Source: Rhodospirillales bacterium (lineage in GTDB: Bacteria; Pseudomonadota; Alphaproteobacteria; CACIAM-22H2). From it: DNA of 64,000 bases. The notes beneath the pieces are model-generated. The model did not search any database. It worked only from the letters and a program-made list of their open reading frames with translations, and had not been told where the DNA came from. Both the position numbers and the translations under genes were made by a program. Position 1 is the stretch's first letter. Each line of letters opens with the position of its first letter. The stretch is taken from contig JAEUKY010000332.1 in the NCBI GenBank assembly GCA_016794005.1, forward strand, positions 5,029 through 69,028, given 5' to 3'. This document shows, one piece after another, positions 26,042 to 33,556 of the stretch.

Positions 26042-26589
26042 CCGAAGCGCCTTTCCTGTCGGGCGGCGGCGTTTGCCTGCGGCCGTTGTCTCCGTCCGAC
26101 GCTTCGCCGGCCTACCTCGCCTGGCTCAACGACGCGGAAGTCCTGCGTTGGCGAGGGCCGAAGGCGTTCCCTACTTCTGCGGCGCAACTCGGCGCGTGGC
26201 TCGATGGGCTGGCCTCGCGTGGCGATCTGGTTCTTGCGATCGAGATTGCCGAGACTGGTCGCCATGTCGGCAATATCGCGCTCAACACGATCCTTTGGCA
26301 TCACGGCACGGCGGAGTTGTCGATCATGATCGGCGCCCGCGATGCGTGGGGACGTGGAGTGGGGAGTGCGGCGATCGCGCTTGTTACCGCGCACGCATTC
26401 GATTCGATGGCGCTACGTCGCCTTTGGGCCGAATCGCCCAATCCGGCCTTCAACCGGACGGTCGAGAAGCTTGGCTGGCGCCGCGAAGGCGTCAAGCGGC
26501 AGGCATTCTTCAGCGAAGGCAAGCATCTCGACATCGAATGCTGGGGCCTGCTCGCATCCGAGTGGCGGGAACGGCGGATCTCGAAGTGA
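26038..26589 (+). CDS. GNAT family N-acetyltransferase (RimJ/RimL-like)
   Basis: The start overlaps the upstream stop (ATGA). VCLRPLSPSDASPAYLAWLND...GNIALN...WGRGVGSAAI...NPAFNRTVEKLGWRREG fits the GNAT pattern. Confidence 0.75.
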   Translation: MTEAPFLSGGGVCLRPLSPSDASPAYLAWLNDAEVLRWRGPKAFPTSAAQLGAWLDGLASRGDLVLAIEIAETGRHVGNIALNTILWHHGTAELSIMIGARDAWGRGVGSAAIALVTAHAFDSMALRRLWAESPNPAFNRTVEKLGWRREGVKRQAFFSEGKHLDIECWGLLASEWRERRISK

Positions 26590-27194
26590 TCGTGATCGTC
26601 GGATATGGCCGCGGCAACATCCGCTCGGTCGAGAACGCGCTGGAGCGCGTCGGATGCCGATTCCGTACGGCCGGCAACCCGCGCGAGATCGCGTCGGCCG
26701 ACAAGCTCGTCCTCCCGGGAGTGGGCGCGTTCGGCGAGTGCATGGATCTCTTGCGTGCCAAAGGATTCGAGGCGGCGATCCTCGATCATGTCGCGCGCGG
26801 GAAGCCGCTGCTGGGCATCTGCGTGGGCATGCAGATGCTGGCCGAGACGGGGCATGAGTTTGGTACGCATCGCGGTCTCGGTCTCGTGCGCGGAAAAGTC
26901 GTGCAGATCCCGCGGAAGGACAACAGCCTGCGCCTGCCGCAGGTGGGTTGGAACGAGTTGCGGCCGCGCAAGGATTGCCCGCTGCTGCGCGACCTGCCGG
27001 GCGACCGCACGGCCTATTTCGTCCATAGCTATCATCTTGCCGCGGACGAAGCGGCCGACATCTCGGCCGACGTCGAGTATGGTGGTCCGGTAACGGCGGC
27101 GGTCTCCGTGCCGCCGGTCTATGGGATGCAGTTCCATCCCGAGAAGAGCCAGGAAGTGGGTCTGCGCATTCTCTCGAACTTCGCGGCGCTCTAA
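26586..27194 (+). CDS. hisH: Glutamine amidotransferase, HisH paralog (HisH2/WbuY type) of a glycan acetamidino module
   Basis: The GTG start overlaps the upstream TGA. IVIVGYGRGNIRSVENAL, LPGVGAFG, GICVGMQML (nucleophile Cys) and QFHPEKSQ (His-Glu) are present. Confidence 0.85.
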   Translation: MIVIVGYGRGNIRSVENALERVGCRFRTAGNPREIASADKLVLPGVGAFGECMDLLRAKGFEAAILDHVARGKPLLGICVGMQMLAETGHEFGTHRGLGLVRGKVVQIPRKDNSLRLPQVGWNELRPRKDCPLLRDLPGDRTAYFVHSYHLAADEAADISADVEYGGPVTAAVSVPPVYGMQFHPEKSQEVGLRILSNFAAL

Positions 27195-27198
27195 CCGG

Positions 27199-27999
27199 AT
27201 GCTCAAGATTCGCGTCATCCCCGTCCTGTTCCTGATGAACGGTCTCATCGTCCGCTCGGAACGCTTCGAGGATTTCAAGGTAATAGGCAATCCTTTGGGC
27301 GAACTCGAACGTTACTCCGAATGGCTCGTCGACGAACTCGTCTATTCGGACATCACGCGTGATGGCGACCACGATCTACGCCGCGATGACCACAAGACGA
27401 AGAATCCTGGCGACAAGCTTGCGATCCTGCGCGCGGTTTCGGAATCGGCGCATATGCCGCTCACCTTCGGCGGCCGGATCGGTTCGCTGGAGGAGATCGA
27501 CAGCTATCTTCTGAACGGCGCCGACAAAGTGCTCGTCAACACGCTGGCCTGGCGCGAGCCCGCGACCGTGTCGCGCGCGGCCGAACGTCATGGCGCGCAG
27601 GCGATCATGGCGGGTCTCGACGTGCGCCGGGTCGACGGCCACCCGATCGTCTTCGTCGATCAGGGGCGGGAGTCGACGGGCCAGGCTCCGGACGTCTATG
27701 CCCGGAATCTCGAAAGGGCCGGCGCTGGCGAGATCCTCGTGAACTCCATCGATCGTGACGGTTGTGCCGAAGGCTACGATCTCGAGGTCGTGCGCGCGGT
27801 GGCCGACGCGGTTTCAGTGCCCGTCATCGCGTGCGGCGGAGCCGGCGATTTTTCCGATTTCCGTGCCGCAATCGACGAAGGCGGGGCAAGCGCCGTGGCA
27901 GCGGGAAACCTGTTCCATTTCACCGAGAATTCCTACAAGCGTGCGAAGACGTATCTCAAGGACCGCGCCTACGACGTGCGCTATCCCTATCCAGGCTGA
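27199..27999 (+). CDS. hisF: HisF-like cyclase-fold subunit (HisF2/WbuZ/AglZ type) of a glycan acetamidino module
   Basis: MLKIRVIPVLFLMNGLIVRSERF...VDELVYSDITRDG...TFGGRIGS...VNSIDRDG...ACGGAG fits the HisF fold. It contains an insertion relative to housekeeping HisF. Confidence 0.75.
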   Translation: MLKIRVIPVLFLMNGLIVRSERFEDFKVIGNPLGELERYSEWLVDELVYSDITRDGDHDLRRDDHKTKNPGDKLAILRAVSESAHMPLTFGGRIGSLEEIDSYLLNGADKVLVNTLAWREPATVSRAAERHGAQAIMAGLDVRRVDGHPIVFVDQGRESTGQAPDVYARNLERAGAGEILVNSIDRDGCAEGYDLEVVRAVADAVSVPVIACGGAGDFSDFRAAIDEGGASAVAAGNLFHFTENSYKRAKTYLKDRAYDVRYPYPG

Positions 28000-28012
28000 C
28001 GGAACGACAGAC

Positions 28013-29173
28013 ATGACGAATGAACAACCGCGCGTGCGACCGCCGCGTGTCATCTACTGCACGCGCTGCTGCTACCCGCTTCTCGCCGCGACGCCGATCA
28101 CGCTCGACGCCGATGGCGTGTGCTCCGGCTGCCGGACGCACGACGAGCAGAAGACGATCGACTGGAAGCGCCGCGAGCGCATGTTCCGCGAGCTGTGCGA
28201 TGATTACCGTTCGAAATCAGGAAAGAGCTACGACTGCCTGATCCCGGTCAGCGGTGGCAAGGACAGCTTCTACCAGGTCCATCTGCTGAAGAACGTCTAC
28301 AAGATGAACCCGCTTCTTGTGACGTATAACGAGAACAACGAGACGGATGTCGGCCGGCGCAACATCCAGCGTATGAAGGACGTGTTCGGCTGCGACTACA
28401 TAAACTTCACGCCGTCGGTCGACGTGCTGAAGAAGATGAACCGGATCGGCCTCCGCCGCATGGGCGACCCCGACATGCATGCCCACATGGGCATCAACTC
28501 GGTACCGATCCAGGCTGCGGTCCGCTACGGGGTGCCGCTCGTGATCTGGGGCGAGCACGGCTTCATGAATCTCGGTGGCATGCACTCGTACAAGGACCTC
28601 GTCGAGTACACGGCGCGATACCGGAAGGAGCACCTGCTGCGCGGCTTCGACTGGCCGGATTTCGTCGGCGAAGAGGGGCTCGAGGAGAAGAACCTGCTCT
28701 GGGCGAAGTACCCGGACGATTCCGAGATCGAGCGCGTGGGTGTGCGAGGCATCTTCATCTCCAACTATTTCGGCTGGAACCAGGACGACCATACGGGCCT
28801 GATGGTCCGCGAGTACGGGTTCGAAGTGAACGCGCTGCCGTTCGACCGCACCTACAAGCGTGACTCCAATCTCAACAACGTCCATGACAACGGTATCCAC
28901 GACTACATGAAGTACGTGAAATTCGGCTATGGCCGCTGCACGGATCATGTATGCCGCGACATCCGCAGCGGCGCGATGACCCGCGCTCAGGGCATCGATC
29001 TGGTCCGCCAGTACGATCATGTCGTACCGGGCGATCTGCCGCGCTGGCTCGCCTATGTCGGCATGACGCGCGTCGAGTTCGACGCGATCGCCGACACGTT
29101 CCGCGATCCGCGCGTCTGGGTGAAGAACGAGTACGGCCACTGGATCAAGGACAACATCTGGAACCACAACTGA
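28013..29173 (+). CDS. N-acetyl sugar amidotransferase (WbpG/WbuX/PseA/LfnA family, PP-loop ATPase)
   Basis: It has an N-terminal Cys ribbon (CTRCCYP...CSGC) and the PP-loop CLIPVSGGKDSFY. G+C is low relative to neighbours (hand counts of 30/60 and 33/60 on lines 28261 and 28321). The upstream part of ORF 27755..29173 was trimmed. Confidence 0.85.
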   Translation: MTNEQPRVRPPRVIYCTRCCYPLLAATPITLDADGVCSGCRTHDEQKTIDWKRRERMFRELCDDYRSKSGKSYDCLIPVSGGKDSFYQVHLLKNVYKMNPLLVTYNENNETDVGRRNIQRMKDVFGCDYINFTPSVDVLKKMNRIGLRRMGDPDMHAHMGINSVPIQAAVRYGVPLVIWGEHGFMNLGGMHSYKDLVEYTARYRKEHLLRGFDWPDFVGEEGLEEKNLLWAKYPDDSEIERVGVRGIFISNYFGWNQDDHTGLMVREYGFEVNALPFDRTYKRDSNLNNVHDNGIHDYMKYVKFGYGRCTDHVCRDIRSGAMTRAQGIDLVRQYDHVVPGDLPRWLAYVGMTRVEFDAIADTFRDPRVWVKNEYGHWIKDNIWNHN

Positions 29174-29174
29174 C

Positions 29175-29846
29175 ATGCGCACCGCGCTGCTCTTCCAGGA
29201 CGGAAACTTCGTCGGTCGCGAGTATTTCATGCGCCTCACGGCAGCGGGCCTGGCGCCTGATGTCGTTGCTGCGGTGGGCCGAATGAAGCCCGAGAGTCGC
29301 GAGCGCGAGATCGAACGGACCGGCGGTCTTTGGAACCCTCCCGAGATTCCTGCAGCAGCCGTGCGGAAGTTCGAATCGCTCAAGAATGGCGCGCTCTGGG
29401 ACATGCTGCGTGCGGAGAATATAGACTTGGGGCTTCAGGGCGGAGTCGGCATCCTGACGGCCGACATGCTCGCGGTGCCGCGTATCGGCTTCCTCAATGT
29501 CCATCCCGGACGGTTGCCGGGCTATCGCGGCAACATGTGCCCCGAGCGTGCGGTGCTGAATGGCGACGCGGTTTTCGCGACGGCCCATCTGATCGACGAA
29601 GGGATCGATACCGGTCCCGTCGTCGCCGAACGGGAGTATCCGTTCCGGCTTGAGGGCGGCTATGCGGCGTTCCGTGCGGGGATCTACGCGCACTGCGCCG
29701 CGGTTCTGGGCGAGGCGATCCGCCGGCTGCAGAGGGCCACCGATCCGCGCAATGTCGCGATTCCGCAGGATTCCGCCGGCGCGCGCTACTGGCCGCCGTT
29801 GAGCGACGAGGAATTCCGGCAGATGCGCGCGAAATTCGGGGAATAG
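29175..29846 (+). CDS. Formyltransferase-domain protein (candidate sugar N-formyltransferase)
   Basis: FLNVHPGRLPGYRG (N-x-H motif) and TAHLIDEGIDTGPVV (catalytic Asp region) match the Formyl_trans_N pattern. Confidence 0.7.
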   Translation: MRTALLFQDGNFVGREYFMRLTAAGLAPDVVAAVGRMKPESREREIERTGGLWNPPEIPAAAVRKFESLKNGALWDMLRAENIDLGLQGGVGILTADMLAVPRIGFLNVHPGRLPGYRGNMCPERAVLNGDAVFATAHLIDEGIDTGPVVAEREYPFRLEGGYAAFRAGIYAHCAAVLGEAIRRLQRATDPRNVAIPQDSAGARYWPPLSDEEFRQMRAKFGE

Positions 29847-29850
29847 GCCG

Positions 29851-30675
29851 ATGGCAGGAAATGCGATCAAAGTCGACGTGACGTCCGGTTCGCCCGAGCG
29901 CTTCGGTTACGAGTGGAACCATTACGACGAGCTCAATGCGGATTACGAGGAGCAGTTCCGCCGCTGGACACGCCCGCTTTCCGTCGACGACTGGCGCGAT
30001 CGGACGTTCCTCGACGTCGGTTGCGGCATGGGCCGCAACAGCCTGTGGCCGATGCGCTACGGCGCGCGCGAAGGCCTCTCGATCGACGTCGATGCCCGTT
30101 CGCTGGCGGCGGCGCGGCGGACGCTGGCGGATTGGCCTGCGTCTCGCGTCGAGGAACGCAGCGCCTACGAGATCGGCGAGGTGGACCGGTTCGACATCGC
30201 GTTCTCGATCGGCGTCATCCACCATCTCGAGCATCCCGCACTGGCGCTCGCCCAGATGGCCCGCGCGACGCGGCCGGGCGGGCGGGTGCTGATCTGGGTC
30301 TACGGGCGCGAGAACAACGGCTGGATCGTGCATCTGCTGTCGCCGATGCGGCGCCTGCTCTTCAGCTGGCTGCCGATCGGCCTCGTGCACCATCTCTCGC
30401 TCTATCCGACGGCGCTGCTATGGCTTGCCCTGCGGATTGGGATGGGCCGGATCGAGTATTTCCGCCTTATACGGAAGTTCTCCTTCCGGCACGTGCGCTC
30501 GATCGTGTTCGACCAGATGCTGCCCAAGATCGCCAACTACTGGACGCGGGCCGAGGTCGAGGCACTGATGCGCGATGCGGGTCTCGAGGCAATCGAGCTC
30601 CATTGGATCAACGAGATGTCGTGGACGGCGATCGGCCGCAAGCCGGCTGTCGCCCATGCGCAGGGGGCGGCATGA
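29851..30675 (+). CDS. Class I SAM-dependent methyltransferase
   Basis: FLDVGCGMGRNS (motif I), FDIAFSIGVIHHLEHP and RPGGRVLIWVY are present. Confidence 0.75.
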   Translation: MAGNAIKVDVTSGSPERFGYEWNHYDELNADYEEQFRRWTRPLSVDDWRDRTFLDVGCGMGRNSLWPMRYGAREGLSIDVDARSLAAARRTLADWPASRVEERSAYEIGEVDRFDIAFSIGVIHHLEHPALALAQMARATRPGGRVLIWVYGRENNGWIVHLLSPMRRLLFSWLPIGLVHHLSLYPTALLWLALRIGMGRIEYFRLIRKFSFRHVRSIVFDQMLPKIANYWTRAEVEALMRDAGLEAIELHWINEMSWTAIGRKPAVAHAQGAA

Positions 30676-31667
30676 ATCCGACCGAAACGACGAAGGATAC
30701 CGGACCGCGCATTTCGATCGTGGTGCCGGTCTTCAACGAGGAGGGCAACGTCGAGCTGCTGTGTGCACGCACGGTAGCGGCGATGGAGAGCTTCGGCGTG
30801 CCGTGGGAGATGATCGTCGTCGACGACGGCAGCCGCGACCGGACCTTGCGTCACCTTACCGCCGCAGCCGCGCAGGAACCGCGCATCCGTGTGATCTCGC
30901 TGCGTCGCAACTGCGGCCAGACCGCGGCAATGGCCGCAGGCATTGATCATGCGCAGGGCGAGGTCATCGTGCCGATGGACGGCGACCTGCAGAACGATCC
31001 GGGCGACATCCGTCGACTCGTCGAGAAGCTCGACGAAGGCTACGACGTCGTTTCCGGCTGGCGGCGGGACCGCAAGGACGCCGCGATCAGGCGCAATTTC
31101 GTCAGCCGCGTGGCGAACCGGCTCATCAGCTGGATCAGCGGCGTGCGCCTGCACGACTATGGCTGTTCGCTGAAGGCCTATCGCCGCGACGTGCTGCAGC
31201 ACGTGCGCCTCTACGGCGAGATGCACCGGTTCATACCGATCTATGCGAGCTGGTACGGCAGCAGGGTGACCGAGCTCGAGGTAGCGCATCACCCGCGGGT
31301 CTCCGGGAATTCGAAGTACGGCCTCGAGCGCATCTTCAAGGTGCTGCTCGACCTGATGATGGTGCAGTTTCTGGCGCGCTACCAGACCAAGCCGCTCTAC
31401 GTCTTCGGATTCATGGCGCTGACGATGTTCGCGGGCGCGTTCGTGGCCGGAACGGTGGCGCTGGTGCTGAAGCTGTTCTGGTCGATCTCGTTCATCCTGA
31501 CGCCGCTGCCACTGCTCGTCGTGATGTTCTTCGTGACCGGCGTCATCTGCATGCTGATGGGCATCCTCGCCGAGATGCTGATGCGCGTCTATTTCGAGTC
31601 CCAGGGCAAGGCGATCTACGATATCGCCGAACTCGTCAATTTCAGCGACCGGGAACCGCGCGTCTGA
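30672..31667 (+). CDS. GT2 polyprenyl-phosphate glycosyltransferase (ArnC/GtrB/Dpm1-like) with C-terminal TM helices
   Basis: The start overlaps the upstream stop (ATGA). ISIVVPVFNEE, VVDDGSRD, PMDGDLQNDP (DxD) and two C-terminal hydrophobic helices (FMALTMFAGAFVAGTVALV, LPLLVVMFFVTGVICMLMGIL) are present. Confidence 0.85.
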   Translation: MNPTETTKDTGPRISIVVPVFNEEGNVELLCARTVAAMESFGVPWEMIVVDDGSRDRTLRHLTAAAAQEPRIRVISLRRNCGQTAAMAAGIDHAQGEVIVPMDGDLQNDPGDIRRLVEKLDEGYDVVSGWRRDRKDAAIRRNFVSRVANRLISWISGVRLHDYGCSLKAYRRDVLQHVRLYGEMHRFIPIYASWYGSRVTELEVAHHPRVSGNSKYGLERIFKVLLDLMMVQFLARYQTKPLYVFGFMALTMFAGAFVAGTVALVLKLFWSISFILTPLPLLVVMFFVTGVICMLMGILAEMLMRVYFESQGKAIYDIAELVNFSDREPRV

Positions 31668-33556
31668 TGTGTGGAATCGCCGGATTCGCGGGCGGTATCG
31701 GCGCGACCGAAGCGCCGGCGGTGCTGCGCGCGATGACGGCCGCGATCGCGCATCGCGGGCCGGACGGCGACGGATTCTGGTCGGATCCCGCGGCGGGCGT
31801 GCATCTGGGGCATCTGCGCCTGGCGATCATCGACCGGTCGGGCGGCTATCAGCCGATGTGGGATGCCGGCGAGACGGTCGGCGTCGTCTTCAACGGCGAG
31901 ATATACAACCATCGCGAACTCCGTGCCGAGCTTGAGACAGCCGGCCACCGGTTCCGGTCGGCTGGTTCCGACACCGAGGTGCTGATCCACGGCTGGCGCG
32001 AATGGGGCGAAGGCCTGTTCGCGCGGCTCAACGGAATGTTCGCCTTCGCGCTCTTCGACCGACGCACGGCGGAACTGGTCCTCGCGCGCGACCGGTTCGG
32101 CGAGAAGCCGCTTTACTGGCACGCGCGCGACGGGTTCGTCGCGTTCGCCAGCGAACTGACGGCACTTGTGGCGCATCCCGCCGTGCCCCGGGTTGCCGAT
32201 CGTCGCGCGCTCGCGAAGTTCCTCGCGCACGGATTCTTTCCGGCGCCGAACACGGCACTCAAGGACGTGCGCAAGCTGCCTGCGGGCCACTTCCTGCGAA
32301 TTCCCGTTGCGGGTCGGACGGACCCGACGCCGCGTGCTTATTGGCGCTTCGAGGTGCGTCCGGACGGCGCGCTGGCGCAGCGGCCTGCCGACGACCTTGC
32401 GGCCGAACTGCGCGACCTGCTCGGCCGTGCCGTCCGCCGGCGTCTCGAAAGCGAGGTACCGCTCGGATTCCTGCTTTCGGGCGGCGTGGACAGTTCGGCG
32501 GTCGTGGCGCTGGCGGCGGGTACGCCCGGGCTTCGGCAACCGCAGACCTTCGCGATGGGCTTCGCCGAACCTTCCTACGACGAAAGCGGATGGGCGCGTG
32601 CCGTCGCGGCGGCGGTTGGCAGCAAGCATGCCGAGGAGATCTGCGACCTTGCGGCCGCGCGTGACGAGCTGCCGGGACTGCTCGCGCGCCTCGACGAGCC
32701 GATCGCCGATCCGTCGATCCTGCCGACCTACCAGGTCTGCCGGCACGCGCGCCGGAGCGTGACGGTCGCGCTGTCCGGCGACGGCGGCGACGAGCTGTTC
32801 GCAGGATACGACACGTTCCGCGCGCTCGGTCCGGCCCGGCTCTACCGCACGCTGGTGCCGCGCGGGCTCGATCCGCTGTTCGCCGCGGCCGCCGGCATGC
32901 TGCCGCGCAGCGACGCGAACATGAGTTTCGATTTCAAGATGCGGCGCGCGTTGCGCGGTGCCGCGTTCCCGGCCGAGCTGTGGAACCCGGTCTGGCTCGG
33001 CCCGCTTGGCCCGGACGAGATATCCGACATGATGTCGGCGCCGGCGGACCCGGAGGATCTCTATGCCGAGGCGCTGGCGGCCTGGCGGGGGTCGGAGGCA
33101 GAGGGCACGACGGATCGGACGCTCGAGTTCTATACGCGCTTCTATCTGTCCGACGGCATCCTCGCGAAGACCGATCGGGCGTCGATGCTGAACTCGCTGG
33201 AGCTGCGTGCACCATTCCTCGATCCGGACGTCGCCGATTTCGCGGCCCGGCTGCCGGCCTCCCTCAAGCTGCGCGGCGGGACCGGAAAGTGGCTGCTGAA
33301 GCATGCGCTGCGCGGAATCATTCCGGACGACGTGCTTGCGCGGCCTAAGAAGGGCTTCGGGATTCCGGTTGCGGCCTGGCTGCGCGACCTGACGCCTCCC
33401 GCATCGGACGGTTCCGCCGAAGACGCATGGTTCGCACGGCTCTGGCACGAACATGGCGCCGGCCGCCGGGATGGACGCAACGCGCTCTTCGCGTGGCTGT
33501 CGATGCGCTACTGCCCCGTTCTGGCGCGGCAGGCCGCCGCATCGGAAGCCGCGTGA
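31667..33556 (+). CDS. asnB: Asparagine synthase (glutamine-hydrolysing) family amidotransferase, second paralog
   Basis: MCGIAGF N-terminus, LSGGVDSSAVVALA PP-loop, 629 aa. The ATG shares one nt with the upstream TGA (TGATG). Confidence 0.85.
   Translation: MCGIAGFAGGIGATEAPAVLRAMTAAIAHRGPDGDGFWSDPAAGVHLGHLRLAIIDRSGGYQPMWDAGETVGVVFNGEIYNHRELRAELETAGHRFRSAGSDTEVLIHGWREWGEGLFARLNGMFAFALFDRRTAELVLARDRFGEKPLYWHARDGFVAFASELTALVAHPAVPRVADRRALAKFLAHGFFPAPNTALKDVRKLPAGHFLRIPVAGRTDPTPRAYWRFEVRPDGALAQRPADDLAAELRDLLGRAVRRRLESEVPLGFLLSGGVDSSAVVALAAGTPGLRQPQTFAMGFAEPSYDESGWARAVAAAVGSKHAEEICDLAAARDELPGLLARLDEPIADPSILPTYQVCRHARRSVTVALSGDGGDELFAGYDTFRALGPARLYRTLVPRGLDPLFAAAAGMLPRSDANMSFDFKMRRALRGAAFPAELWNPVWLGPLGPDEISDMMSAPADPEDLYAEALAAWRGSEAEGTTDRTLEFYTRFYLSDGILAKTDRASMLNSLELRAPFLDPDVADFAARLPASLKLRGGTGKWLLKHALRGIIPDDVLARPKKGFGIPVAAWLRDLTPPASDGSAEDAWFARLWHEHGAGRRDGRNALFAWLSMRYCPVLARQAAASEAA

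Noticed and set aside
26586-27999. hisH/hisF read as histidine-biosynthesis genes
   Set aside because: No other his genes are adjacent. They are coupled to a PP-loop N-acetyl sugar amidotransferase, and the HisF-like protein has the insertion-containing WbuZ/HisF2 pattern. They are better explained as an acetamidino-modification module.
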